Notes under the pieces: generated by a model
Databases searched by the model: none
Told to the model about the DNA's origin: nothing
What the model saw: only the letters and a program-made list of their open reading frames with translations
Assembly (NCBI GenBank): GCA_013265495.1
Contig: MU058337.1
Span: forward strand, 3,440,686 to 3,504,685
DNA length: 64,000 nt
Source: Vicugna vicugna
Lineage: Eukaryota
Direction of reading: 5' to 3'
Made by a program: the position numbers and the translations under genes
Shown here: in pieces, positions 25,155 to 38,280 of the stretch
How the letters are laid out: every line of letters begins with the position of its first letter
Numbering within the stretch: position 1 is the stretch's first letter

Positions 25155-26760
25155 CTCTTTATTAAATTACATTCAAAAAACCATACATAATTGTGCATTT
25201 TCTTGAATGCTCAACCAAGGGAACTCACCTGTGTGACCATCCCCAGTGGGTCAAGATCAAGACTGTGTCCAACACTCAGGTATTTCTTTGGTGCCCTCTT
25301 CCAGTCACTCTCCTTCCTCCTGATATTTACCAGCAGAGAGTAGACTGGTTTGGTTTGGTTTTTTATGTAAATCATACAGTATGTGCTCTGTGTCTGGCTT
25401 CATTCACGTTGGTGTGGACACTGTGTCCACTGTGCATTCACACTGTCATCTAGAATTCCATGGTGTGACTACACTATTGTACTGATGATGGATATTTGGG
25501 CAGTTTCCAGTTTGTCACCATAACAAATATTGCCATTGCAGACCTTCTGTCTAGTATGTGTCTAGGAGAGGAATTGCTAGAATACAAAATATGCTTTGCA
25601 GACCTTGCCAGAATTTTCCAAAGTGGTTCAAAAGGGTTGCTACCAATTAACATGTCTGCCAACCATGCCAAAACCTTTCAGGTTTTCCACAGTCTTGCTC
25701 ACATTTTGTATAATTCTTTAGTTCACAGTTTTTCCTTTTGTTTATTATTACTTCCTGTTTTAAGCTCTTTGGTGGTGCATGGTATTATTGTATTATGATT
25801 CTAATTTACTTTCTTCGATGATTAAGAATTTATTTTGACTAATACCTTCCTGTTTTTCCCTCCCAGCTTCTGACAACCATTCGTCCATTCTCTGCTTCTA
25901 CGAGTTGGACCATTTCATATTTCTCATACAAGTAATATCACGTAGTCATCGTCTGTCTGCGATTGGCTTATTTCACTTAGTATAATATCCTCCAGGCCCA
26001 TCCATGTTGTTGCAAATGACAGGATATCCTTCAATAAACATATAAAAAAACCAAAGAATCTATGTTCCTATATTTATTGATCATGTAGTTACCTTTTTGG
26101 CAACATGTCTGCTTAAGTCTTTTGATATTTTTCTATTAGGTTGTCTTTTTCTCACTGGTTTGTCAGATTTCTTTGTGTATTCTAGACACATGCGTTTGTT
26201 GAATGAATGCACTGGAAATGTGTTTTCTCACTGTGGGATTGCTTTTGCAAACTACCATTGGTATTTTCTAATGGATAGACAGAAAATTTAAACTTTAATA
26301 TAGTTCAAATCATATTTCCTTTACGGTAAGTGATTTTGAGCTCCTACTGAAGAAATCTTTGCCTGCCTTGGGACTGAAAGCTGTTTGGCATTTTTGTGTT
26401 TTTAGGTTTACCTTTCACATGAATATCTTTATGCCATCTGGAAATAGTTTTGCGTGTGTGATTGAGGTATAGCTGATTATATTAAAGACCATTTTATCTG
26501 TACTGTATTAAAGTGTTATCTTAGATAAAATCCAGGTGGATATTTATAAATATTATGTAAGAATGGGTTTGAGTCTGGCCTCTCTTCTATTCCATAGATC
26601 ATTTTTCTACTCACATTATAATGCCACATTCTCTTAATTATTATCATTTATAATAATAATTAATACCTGGAAATGTATATACTACAGCTTTTTTGGTCTC
26701 TTCAAGATTTTGATGGCTATTCTTACTTCTTTGAATTTACACATGAATTTTAGATTTGAT
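25155..26760 (-). mobile_element. Old L1 (L1ME/L1MC-type) 3' UTR plus ORF2 end, interrupted by a younger L1 fragment
   Basis: GATGGATATTTGGGCAGTTTCCAGTTTG...AATTTTCCAAAGTGGTT...CTTCAAGATTTTGATGGCTATTC...TGAATTTTAG are reverse-complement L1 motifs. Confidence 0.8.
25835..26032 (-). mobile_element. L1MA-type 3' UTR fragment nested in older L1
   Basis: CTGACAACCATTCGTCCATTCTCTGCTTCTACGAGTT...GGCTTATTTCACTTAGTATAAT...CATCCATGTTGTTGCAAATGACAGGAT. Confidence 0.8.
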
Positions 26761-27049
26761 CTTCATTATATTACTTTATTTTTAAGTATAGAATTTAATT
26801 TGCCTTATTTCAATGCACATATTACTTGAGTCAATATATCATGCAATTAGTTTATAATTTTGTTTCTATAAACTCCAAAAATTAAATTATATTTCTTTAA
26901 CATTTTTATAATATAATATACATATATGTTATATACAGGATATACACATACTTTTTTTTTAAATGGATAATTTTTATTATTGCAAAGTATCATGTTTTTT
27001 TAATAGTTTAAACCAAAACTTTGTATGTGGGGTTCTTCTACCTCCACAG

Positions 27050-28334
27050 CAAAAGAAATAGAAGATTTCCTCAACCTGATAAAGGGCAATGAGGAAAAGC
27101 ACACATACTTAATGGTAAAAATCTGAACTCTTTCCCACTAAGATCGAAACAAGGCAAGGATGTACACTCTCAGTTCTTCTATTCAACACTGTACTGGAGG
27201 TTAGAGCCATGGAATTCTAACTAGAAAAAGATACAGGAATTACTCAGATTGAGAAAAAATAAGTAAAACTCTCTATTTGCACAGGACCTAAACTTGTACA
27301 AAGATAATCATAAAGAATCCACTAAAAACAATTAGAGCCTAATAGAGAAATTTAGGAAGGCTGCAAGACACAAGATTAACATTAAAAAAAAACAGTTGTG
27401 GGGTTAGGGGTATGGTTCAGTGGTAAAGCATATGTTTTGCATGTGTGAGGTTCTGGGTTCAATCCCCAGTACCTCCATTAAAAAATAAATTAATTTTAAA
27501 AATTAAAAATCAATTGTATTTCTATAAAGTGCATATAAACTATTTGAAAACACAATTAAGAAAATTATTTTATTTACTCTAACATGAAGAATAAAATACT
27601 TGGGAATAAATTTAATAAAAGAAGTACAAGACTTGTACATTAGAAACTGCAAGATACTATTGAAAGATATTAAATAATATCTCAATATTATTCATCTATA
27701 GATTGAATAAAATTTTTTTCAAAATCCTAGCTTGTTCCTTTGCAGAAATTTACTTGTGATTCCTAAAATTCATGTGAAATTACAAGTGACCCTGAATAGC
27801 AAAATAATTCTGAAAACAAAAGAACAAAATTGCAGGACTTAGATTTCTTGATTTTAAACCTAATATAAACCTACAGAACCCAAACTATGTGTTACTGGCA
27901 TAATGCTGAGCATATAGATCAATGGAAGAGAACTTAAAGTCTTGTTATGAAACACTGTATTTATGGTCAATTGATTTTGACAAGGGTACTAACAAAATTC
28001 AATTAAGAAAGTATAAACTTCTTTAAAAATGTGCCAGACAACTGGATGTTTACATACAAAAGAATGAAATTTGATCTCTAAGTTATATAATATACAACTT
28101 TAGCTCAAAATTGGCTAAAAATATCTAGATGTATGAACTAAAACTCAAGAACTCTTAGACGAAAACACAGGAATAAATACTCATGACCTTGGTTAGGCAA
28201 TGCTTTCTTAGATATGATGCCAAAAGCACACAAGACTAGAAATTTGGACTTCATCAAAATTAAAAACTTCCATATTAGAAATTAAAACATCAAGAAAGTG
28301 ATGAGACAATAGAATGGAAAAATATTTTCAAATC
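27050..28334 (+). mobile_element. L1 ORF2 (reverse transcriptase domain onward), decayed
   Basis: TTTCCCACTAAGATCGAAACAAGGCAAGGATGTACACTCTC...CTATTCAACACTGTACTGGAGG corresponds to [24 protein letters not shown], and GTAAAACTCTCTATTTGCA to VKLSLFA(DD). Frameshifted, with stops. Confidence 0.9.
27400..27504 (+). mobile_element. tRNA-Ala-derived camelid SINE (Vic-1 type) inserted in L1
   Basis: Degenerate A box TGGTTCAGTGG, B box GGTTCAATCCC and A-rich tail. TSD AAAAAACAGTTGT (27387-27399) / AAAAATCAATTGT (27505-27517). Confidence 0.88.
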
Positions 28335-28771
28335 ATATTTCTTTGACTTAAGACAGGGTTAAGTCCTGATAAACCCATTGTATATTGACAATGCATTTAA
28401 TATACTTAACCTACCAATCATCATAGCTTAGCTTAGCCTAGCTTAAACGTGCTCAGAATAGTTACATCAGCCTGTAGTGGAGCAAAATCATCTAACACAT
28501 TTTATAGTAAAATGTTGAATATCTTAAAGCCCATTTTACAGTAAAATGTTGAATATCTTATTTAACTTATTAAATATTAACCTAAAAGTGAGAAGCAGAA
28601 TGGTTATATGAGCCGGGATGGTTGTTGACAGTCAATATCACATATCACCAGCCCAGGAAAAGATCAAAATTCATATTTCAAAGTTTAGTTCTACTTAATG
28701 CATATGGGTTTTGTACCATTGGAAAGTGGAAATAATCCTATGTCAAGCCATTGTAAGTCAGGGACCTTCTG
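28335..28771 (+). mobile_element. Tigger5/MER47-type TcMar DNA transposon
   Basis: TGACTTAAGACAGGGTTAAGTCCTGATAAACCCAT...CATCATAGCTTAGC...AAACGTGCTCAGAA...CCATTGTAAGTCAGGGACCTTCTG. Ends carry degenerate terminal inverted repeats (TGACTTA...TAAGTCA). Confidence 0.88.
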
Positions 28772-28809
28772 TGTTTAAAAGTATTCACGTCATATTTAGC
28801 AAATTTACT

Positions 28810-29670
28810 TATGTTTGATTTCATCAAAGTTAAGAACATCTACTCTTTAAAAGACAGTCTAAAGAAACTAAAGAGACTAGTTATTTACTAGGATAAAATA
28901 TCTGCAATTTATACACACATAATGTATAAAAAACTCAAACTCACAAGCTCAAAAATTAAATACAAAGTCCAAGTAGACATGGATAAAGGATTGAACAGAT
29001 ATTTAACCAAGGAATATATAAGCACATGAAAAGATGCTCAATATCATTATTGTTCAGTGATTTGCAAGTTTACCAAACCTACCATTAGATAGCTACCTAT
29101 TGGAATGTCTTGAAATTTAAAAGTCTGACCATCTACATTTTTGTAATGCTATTGAGTAACTGGACCATTCATGCAATGCTGATGAGAAGGTAAAATGGTA
29201 CAACACTATGGAATACAGTTTTGTAGTTTTCAAATATTTTTAAAAATAAGTTTAGCCTCTTCCTGACACTTGATGCAACCATTTCATTTCTAGAGATTTA
29301 ACCCAAGATAAATGACAATTGATGTCGCTATAAGGACTTGTTCACGAATGTTTCTAGAAGATGTATTAGTATTGTCTTAATCATCAGGTGAGTTGAAAAA
29401 TAAATGGTAGCGTAGAATACCACTCAGCAATAAAAAGATAACTGTGGATACAGACAACATGGACAAGTGTTGTGGGAAAGAAGCCAAAAATGTAAGTGCA
29501 GACTGGCTGATTTCATTTCAATAAAATTCTAAAAAATACAAAGTAACCTAACAGTGGAAGAATTCACATCAGTACATTGCCTGAGGATGGCTGAGTGCCA
29601 GGAGCAACTGCAGAAAGAATTACAAAGGGATATGAGAAAGCTATTGGGAGTGATGAATATGCTCATAAAA
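28810..29670 (+). mobile_element. Second, older L1 (L1ME-type) ORF2 end plus 3' UTR
   Basis: AAGCACATGAAAAGATGCTCAATATCATT...GTAAAATGGTACAACACTATGGAA...GAATACCACTCAGCAATAAAAAG. It repeats the TTCATCAAA.TTAA.AAC segment already seen at ~28250, so it is a separate copy. Confidence 0.8.
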
Positions 29671-31199
29671 AAATGGATACATATATTTGCAGATTTCTGT
29701 GGTTTCCCATTAATGTGTATTAATCTGTTCATAGAAAATTAGCAATCTACTGTTCAGGGGGCACAGACTAATTACTCCATTTTATAGTCAGGCATATGGC
29801 ATGGCTGATGTTGATGCCCTCATGTCAGTGTAAATTGATTATGATCTGAGTGGAACTATCCTTTGGTTTCTTTCATTTGGAACAAAAAGAAAAATTAATA
29901 TGGTATAGATGTCTCAGAAAATAAATGTTTGAAAGTTTTTTGTCTAATATTTCCAGGCAAATGAAGATAATTATTTTTAGATTGCTTTTGAAAATGTTTG
30001 AAAATTGGTTTTCTATCTCAGTCAGTTATTAAAGCCAATTCATATTTAAAAAAAAAGTTCTGTATTTCTAATGCATTAGTGACATTATTCTTTATCTATC
30101 TAGATATCACTGCATGCTAATTTATGATGTAATAGTAAGTTCAAGTGACCAACTCAAATTTTCCTTGTATAATTTCAATTTTATCTACATTTAATTGAGG
30201 TGCAAGTTGATTAATAGAATCACCTAAGTTTGTATAGCTCATAAGGAATTATTCATAAAATGTGTGCTAAAAATATAATTACTTGCCAAAAGGTACTAAA
30301 CATATTCTGGCTGAAAGTGTAAATTACCTTAAGTAAAAGCTATCTTGGCACAGAAAACTTATATTGTTGCCGAACTAAAGGAAATTGTTTCTGTTTCTTT
30401 TCAAATAATAAGAGAATGTGAACTTATTACCCAAACTGTTGCTAGCATATATTTTGATATAAGAGAATAAAATTCAGGGGGAAAATTGAACGATTTATTT
30501 TCACAAATCATATCTATAAAGTATTATATGTGGCCCTGCTCAGGCATTGAAAATGTTGTTTTCCTGACTTCAAAAGAGACAAATTGTTCACTTTTGTGTC
30601 ATTTCCTGCTATATCACAATGGTATTTTCCCCTTTTTCTATAATGTTTTCCTTCGTACGCCCCTCCATGTGCTTATGCAACTAACAACTCCTCTTTTCAA
30701 ACGTAAAAAATGATAGAAAAAATGATGAGAACTCAGGGCAGGTAGCTGAAGAGTTTTACTGGATTTTCTAGTGAAATATTAAAAATCTTCCACCTAGCCT
30801 CTAGTCCAACAAAAATAGTAAAGAAAAAGCAAATAGGGACACACAAATCTTCCTGATTTTCAAACTGAAAAGGGTCTTAAAGATTGGTTGTGCTTAAGAT
30901 TTAAATTTGCAATCAGCCTCTTTCCTCCAAATCTGCCCAGACTCTTCTTTCTTTTCAGAGCCTTTCTCTTCTTTGGGCACTTTTTTGGTTTTTACTTGCA
31001 CTTTTCTTAAGCACATATGTAGACAGCAATTTCTGATTGAATTAGTTATAGACAAAGGCTTTTAACTACCTGCTAAGAGGCTGAGGGGCTCATTCTCTTC
31101 TATGTCTCTACATCTTGCCTAAAACATCCCATTTTAAAGGCATTTTAAAAATGTATAAACAGCAAATATTTACGCTCTTTAACTACTTGAATATTTGCA

Positions 31200-32230
31200 C
31201 TGCCATGTCAAGTAATGTGTTATTGTAATTATGTTTCCTTTTATAAGTTTTCTGAAATTAATCATTTATTCACATATTTTTACCTGCCTAGTCCTCTGTG
31301 TCTGATTTTAGTCCCGCCACCCCAAATTCTAAACTATAGCAACAGATTTGTTAAACTCCTAGCGAATTTCCTAAATAATTAAACATTCTAGAGAATTCAT
31401 ATGCTACACATAAATTTACGATAGTTTTTTTAACTTAAACTTAATATCCTAAGTATCTTTCTAAAGCATATGAGATCTTGTTCTTCCTTTTTGTTTTTAA
31501 CTGATTCTCAATTAAGTAGTCTTTTGCAGAAAGCAGTGTTGCCATAAACATCCTGGTTCACTGTTTATCATTTATGTTATGTTTTCTATGGGACTGATTT
31601 CAGAAGTGAGATTGCTGGGGCAGAGCATGTGCATATTTAATATTTGATTGAGCTGATTAAATGTGAGAAGCAGCCATGTGCTAGTTAGTGTTAGTTACTA
31701 TTCCAGGAGTACAAGGTCCAGCAGAAGACACGGTAGACATGCTTGTTGTACGATGACACTTATTTGCAGATGGCTATTTTTATAGCTCCCCTCGAAGTTG
31801 ATAAAATGAATAGGATCACCAGTGGTTGATGATATTGTTAAATTCCATGCACCACGGCAACCTTTCAAATTTTTACTTAATTTTTCAAATCTGATGGGCA
31901 AAGAGACAAATGCCATTGTTATTTTATTTTGATTCATCTTGATCATAAATGAGGTTCAATGTATTATACAGTTAGTGGCCATTTCTAGTTCTTGTTCATT
32001 TCCTGTTTGTATATCATGCTGATTTTTAATATTAGTTTCTTATTGATTTGTAGCAGCTCAATTATGTTTTCATGTTTGAGTTAAATGTTGCTGAGCTGTT
32101 AGTGTTACTATCACCTTATATGAATTTTTTCAAATAGTTTATCTGAGACTATTTCTTGCCTTTTCAACTTTGTTCATGGTGCATTTTCTCTTAAGATATT
32201 TTGTTTCAGAAAGTTTTTGCCTAAAAATTT
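31200..32230 (-). mobile_element. Fragmented L1ME-type element
   Basis: ATAAACATCCT...AGAAGTGAGATTGCTGGG and TTTTCAAATCTGATGGGC...AATGAGGTT...TGGCCATTT are reverse-complement L1 3' motifs. Confidence 0.6.
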
Positions 32231-34389
32231 TCATTAAAAAAAAAAGCCCTGCATTTGATTTTGTTGATGATCCAAACTTGAAAATCTCCAATTGAGGTAA
32301 TTCTACGTCTGCCTTTTTTATTTGTTCTACATACAAAACATCTGAAATGACTTCCCTCCCCTCCCACCAATGGAACTGAAATCTCTGTAATTACTTCTTA
32401 ATGTTTCATAATAGACAATGTATGAATACATATTATCAACTAAAATTTCAAAGAAAACTCTACAGAAGATGGTTCATGTTGTTTGATTCTATTAGAAAAG
32501 TTAGCGAAAGAATTTATGAAAATGTTTCCCAATGATTCAAAATATTAACGACAGAGTTTACATTCTTCTTAAATTGTAATACTCCTTGGGGTAGCATAGC
32601 ATATGGGTTTTCACTTTCTTGAATAATGTAAGCATTTCTAAAGGTCATAAATGAGGGTTTAATCAATATTGTGGCTCTTTGGTGGCATTATAATGCTGAG
32701 AGGCTAACATGTTAGTTAAAATTAAAAAAAAAAACCAAAAACCAACCAACCTAGACCTTTTTATCAATGTGACAGACACACATGCTGAGAGCACTAACAA
32801 GGGACAGCTAATTACTGATACAGTTGCCGAAAAGGGATTCTGACAGTCATGATATACGAGCAGATTTGTCTTGCAGTTGACAAGTCGAACAGAGGTTACT
32901 GGGAGACTTGGGCACTGCCAGCTCAGCGGGTGGGCTACAAACCGTGTCTGCCCGTGCACGTTCCTTTGCCAGGGGGTGGGGAGGGGCCGCAGGAGGCAGT
33001 CTACCACCAGCTCAGATGCTGGGTCCCTCAAATATGCTCTTACAATTTCATTAAAAGTCCCAATATTTCTTTCCACAAACGTTTCCAAAACGATTTGAAA
33101 AATCCAGCTACTAGCTAGGTTCCCTCTAAAGTCCCTGCTTACATTCTTTTCATCTGCATGATTTCTCTAGCAACATGCCCTTTGTCTAAATTACACACAT
33201 TGATATCAAACTGTAGTCGCTTTAGTCATGCCCTCGCTTGTAGATGGAAGTATGTCCTTTCACATACATAAGGCATAAGTTTCACACTATTTGATCATTG
33301 CCAAATTTCCCCATTATATCTCAAATGCAGAGAATTATGCCATATACAGAAAATTGGAAATTATTTTGCTGTAAGCGAATGGCTATATATTATGTTTTTG
33401 TATGTGTCTGTTTTTCAATAAGAAATGATTGCCTGGAAAGTGAAGCTTATATTCAGAGGCACTATTTTTAGACTGCTGATTCAGGTTTTTCAATGCTAAA
33501 AGTAAAATAAAATCCAAGTTATGCATCAAAAGTTTTCTGAATCTCTTCACTTCCACAGTGTTAATGCAACATTCACTGCCATTCATCATGTAATAAAAGA
33601 AATTATTCTCATAATAAATTAGTAAGAAAGACTAATATGTGGCATTAGTAGGTCAATATCCGAATGCTACTATGAAACCAAGGCTGTGTATAAATTTAAT
33701 ACAAAGCAGACACAGTAATATGTGTACATTTTGTTCCAATCTGCATCATATTAATTGCCTAGTGAGTACTCCTCCTATTTGTGAAGGTTTGTCTATTTAT
33801 AAAAGACAATGACTCAATGGAGAACTGTACTTTGTATGCCCCCTGTGTGCTATGGCTTGGAATACAAGGATATAAAATGCCCCTTGTAGTATAAAGAAAT
33901 AAATGAAACTAAAAACAGGTATGTTTTACATATAGAAGAAAATTGCCCACTTTTGTGACAGAATAGAAAACAAACTTTTTCAAGCTTGAAGAAAGAGAGC
34001 ACGGCATTGGTGATGGCAACAAAGAGGTTTTATTGTGATGAAGTGGGTGACGGTGCCGGTGGTGGTAACAGTGATGGAGGGTCCTGGAAGGAGGGCAGTT
34101 GAGCCAGTCCATGAATAATGACTAGGGTTGGGCTGGATAAGAGTGAACAAATGGAAGGGTGTTCAGAGAGAAAAATTAAATACAGCCAAGTGTAGGTTCT
34201 CCTTGGAAAGAGTGTCATGAGAGATGGTCTGTCTCCCTTCTCCACCCACATCCCCATTCCTGTATGCCTTTGGCTCAGGGAGGATGAGCTATTGCAGAAG
34301 AACACGTTTAACTTTGCAATTAACTACATAGAAATACAGGAGGCGTTAACACATACTATTCAAGTCGGCTGTTGATTTCCCTCTTCCTT

Positions 34390-34490
34390 ACTAAGTGAGC
34401 CGCAGGGAGATTATCTATTAGCAAATTTATCCTCAGCACTTGAATAGGGTCTGCTCCAGAGTGCTTAGACAATAAATGTTTCTTCAAGAT
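34390..34490 (+). mobile_element. L2 3' end
   Basis: TATCCTCAGCACTTGAATAGGGTCTG...CAATAAATGTTT. Confidence 0.5.
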
Positions 34491-34530
34491 TCAATACATT
34501 TGTTATCTATTTATTTTATGTCTGAATTCC

Positions 34531-35027
34531 TGTGGTGGTTAATTTATGCATCAGTTTGATGGGCTAAGAGATGCCCAGAGTGTTGATAAAGCATTATTTC
34601 TGGGCGTGTTTGTTAAGAGATTAGCAGTTGAATCAGTAGGCTGAGTATAGAAAAATCACCCTCACCAATGAGGGTGGGCATCATTCAGTCCATTGGGGGC
34701 CTGACTAGAGCAAAATGGCAGAGGAAGAGTGAATTCCCTCTCTCTTCCTGAAGGGAGACATCCATCTTCTCTTGCCTTCAGACACTGATGGTCCTGTTTC
34801 TTGAGCCTCTGGACTCAGAGGATGACTTACGCCATCAGATCCTCTGTTCTCAGGTCATCAGACTGAATTACACCACTGGCTTACCTGGTTCTCCAGTTTG
34901 CAGAGGGTAGATCATGGGGCTTCTCAACCTCCATAATTATGTGAGCCAATTCCTGTAATGTCTCCTTTATGTACATCTATATATTTCCTGATGGTCCTGT
35001 TTCTCTGGAGAAACACCAACTAATATA
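34531..35027 (+). mobile_element. MLT2B-like ERVL solo LTR
   Basis: Starts TGTGGTGGTTAATTTATG, has CATTATTTCTGGGCGTGT and CCCTCACCAATG.GGGTGGGCATCAT internally, and ends TTTCTCTGGAGAA...ACTAATATA. Possible decayed 5-bp TSD ATTCC/ACCCC. Confidence 0.92.
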
Positions 35028-37006
35028 ACCCCCAAATAATATTTGAGGTACTTTACACATAAACATAGTTGTTCATAAAGATAAAATTGTTCAAATGGGG
35101 TAATAGGAAAAATGGAAAGTGAAAATAAGATTATATTGCAACTGAATGAACATGTAGTATTTCAAAGACCACACAAATACCTATTTCCTTTTTTGTACAT
35201 TGTACTCTAATATTTATAAGTCTGTAAATTTATCTGCTCATAAAGTCAATCAAATAATAGTTGTCTATTTCAAAGCATGCATATTTTCTAAGTTTTATAA
35301 ATACAAGCCATGATAATATTTTAAGCAGATTTTTTTAGTCCAGTTAACACAGGGCAGTGGCATGGGAGGCCCAGTTGGAGGAGCCAAACACAACAACGCT
35401 GTTTTCACTGGGAAAGGTTGTCTGGTTTTAGCAAGAGGAGCATTTTGCTCTCTGCCTCTGTTGAAGAGAACTAAGATGAAGGACCAGATGATTAGGGTTG
35501 GTGACGTGCTAGAGCTCACAGGGGAAAACAGAGAACACAGAAAATGGAAGATGGGAAAGACCATGACTTAATTAAAATTAAGGAAAAAGCTGAGTAGAAT
35601 AAAATATTTATACTTTTGGCTTCCTGGAAAAGTTGTCTACAAATATCATCTCTGAAAAATTGTCAACCTTTCTTTGTTTTAAGCCCATAGTTTCTTAATT
35701 TCATGGGAAGTCTTATTTACCTTGGTGACATACATAGAGTCTTTCTTTAATTTCTCTGAGTAACTGTCTTCTTTGAATGTTTTCACCCAGGAACTAATTT
35801 CCTACAACAACTCTTCAGGGAGATGATGGCATCCTGCTCGAAACTTAAAAAATCTTCTTAGGAGACATATGGCAAATTTACCACAGATATTTATAATGCT
35901 CTCTCTTGAAGCCAAGTTAAATTAAAAAAAATAAAATAAAATTTATATAATCCCACATCAGCCAAAGAACAGGGCAGACTTCAGCAGAAAAGAAATTTCC
36001 AACATTTTAGTAAGAAGGAAAGCTAAGGGATGACCATTGATTAATGAGGCTAAGCCAATCTTAGTATGATCCAAAAGCTCTCAGAAAGGTTCCAGTCTCA
36101 CTGAGGTGTGGCTTAATATACAACATGCAAGTGAAGGGTTGTGTGGAGAGCATGTTAACATCTCGAACCAGATCACATTTTACTAAGAGAAGTAATAAAG
36201 CCAGCTGACCATCCCAAGGCAAAAAGGGGGATTTGCTTTCAAAAGAAATTAAAGAAAATGTCAAGACAATTACAGTACCTATCTGGACACCTTGCAATAA
36301 AGCTTCACTAATCTTGGGTTTGAGTGTCTCCAGCAGAATGTCTGGTTCTGTTCTAAAGAAAGTGTGAACAAATGATGAACCGTGTCTACCTTTACTGAGT
36401 TGCTAGTTTATAATATTCTATGGCCACATTAAAAAGTATCCGTGGGAAAATAAAGTTGGCCATACCTTTAAGGGAAGCCTGAAATAAGAAAGACTAAGTC
36501 TTAGATGAACAAGAAATAAATTCCTAGAGATAAATGAGAACAAAAGTGGTCAAAATTGTACTTTTCATGAAAAATGTGGAGTAACAAATTCATAAATAAA
36601 AATCAGAATGGTATAAAAAAAGAGGAAAACAAAAGATCTCTTGAAAACTAAGGATAAACTTACAAATTTAAAATTTTACCACAAATTCTGGAATATAAAA
36701 TTTATAGAGAGTCTTTGCTTTGTCCAATAAAAAGGATACATAAAATGTGAGGAAAAGAGACCAATGATACAAAACCATGAAACTGATGATCCAATTAATG
36801 TGTGTTCCAGAAAGAAGAAACAGTAAAAATGCAGGAGAAGAAACTATCAAAAAATTATGAGAAAAGAATTTCTGAGATTTAACGTGGCATAGGCATTTTC
36901 AAATTACCTAAGGGTTACTGAATAAAATGATGAAGAGAGGCATACTTAGCTACATAGTTTCAAAATATCAGAAAACCTGGGAATAAAGAAAAGGAAGCTT
37001 TCAGGG

Positions 37007-37450
37007 TGTGGTGGGTTGAACTGCATTTCCCCCAAAGGATAGGTTCAAATCCTAAGCTCCCAATGTTTATGAAAGTGATTTTATTTGGAAATGGGGTCTT
37101 AATCAAGCTAATACAACATCACGCTGCATTAGGATGGAGCCTAATCCAGCCACTGGTTTCCCCTTAAGAAGAGGGGGATAGAAGGGGAACATCATGTGAC
37201 CACAGAGACAATGTGTGGGGTGACACAACTACAAGTCAAGGAACATCAAGGATGTGGCGGCCCTCGAAGCTGGAAAGAGGCAAGGAATGATGCTGCCCTG
37301 GAACCTGAGGAGGGAGCAGAGCCATGCTGACACCATGGTTTCAGACTGCTGGTCTCCAGCACTATGATAGAATAAATTTCTCCCATTTTTAAGCCACAAA
37401 GTTTCTGGTACTTTGTTATGACAGCCCTAAAAAACTCCTTGACACCTACA
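37007..37450 (+). mobile_element. MLT1C-like MaLR solo LTR
   Basis: TGTGGTGGGTTGAA...GAAGCTGGAAAGAGGCAAGGAA...TTTTAAGCCAC...TTTGTTATGACAGCCCTA...TACA, with a perfect 5-bp TSD CAGGG at 37002-37006 and 37451-37455. Confidence 0.93.
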
Positions 37451-37487
37451 CAGGGTGTCAAGAGGTGGGAAACAGGCAATCTCAAAG

Positions 37488-37514
37488 ACAAAACAAAACA
37501 AAACAAAACAAAAA
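37488..37514. repeat. (CAAAA)n microsatellite
   Basis: Seen directly. Confidence 0.9.
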
Positions 37515-38280
37515 CCTCCACAGAATAAGTGAGAGTACTCAGCAGTGCTGGATGGGTCAAGGAGAAAATGCCTTCAATTTCTGCACATAATGCTTTTCCA
37601 CCTAGCACTCTTCACCGAGACAAGTTAAGTTAGGTCGAACAAGGATATTTTTAGGCAATCAATGATTCATAAAGTTAAACCCTATATACCATTTCTTGAG
37701 GTTGTGCTCCAGACAAATGAAGAATTAAACCATTAAATGGAAAGATATAATGTCCAGAAAATAAAATACCATATTCAGGAAGCAAATGATGGGACACCTT
37801 ATGAGGACAGCTTTGTACAAGCTAGGAAAACCGTCAGCCTAGAAAGATGGAAACCATCAGAATAAAAGTCTCTTTGGGGAAAAGCAGATTGAACAGCACA
37901 CTTAAAATGCTTATTAAACATCAAAATTGGATACTTTGATAGTGAAAAGAGCAAAACTAATGGCAAATAGAACCTCTCAGACAAATAAAGTGTACAACGA
38001 GAAGTTGGGCACAATCGTGACACACTCTTCAGCTACGTGTTTAACAACATTCACAGAGTATTATGTAAATATATGGATATATTTGTATATATTCATGCTT
38101 ACATATAGTGGATTTACATGTCTGCATTATTTTAATCATAAATAAAAAGAGACACAGCACAATGTAATTCTTTAAGTAGATAATTTCTTATTTATCAAGT
38201 CAAGAGTCCATAAGTAATATGGAGCAGTGAATCAACCTTTTTGTGTAGTTTGTAAAGACCAGACTAAGAAAGTGGGTGGG

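Larger units (their letters stand above)
36480..37800 (+). mobile_element. HAL1/L1 ORF1-like remnant, split by an MLT1C LTR
   Basis: ATCCAATTAATGTGTGTTCCAGAAAGAAGAAACAG...GAATTTCTGAGA (ORF1 RRM region). Downstream GAGGTTGTGCTCCAGACAAATGAAGAATTAAACCA resembles HAL1. Confidence 0.65.

Noticed and set aside
32663..33118. Longest ORF (141 aa, minus) and overlapping + ORFs
   Set aside because: Explained by locally higher GC; no recognisable domain; the ORF runs through a poly-T tract.
33909..34112. His/Pro-rich ORF (HHCYHHRHRHPLHH)
   Set aside because: It arises from a degenerate (GGT/GAT)n low-complexity tract at ~34035-34080.
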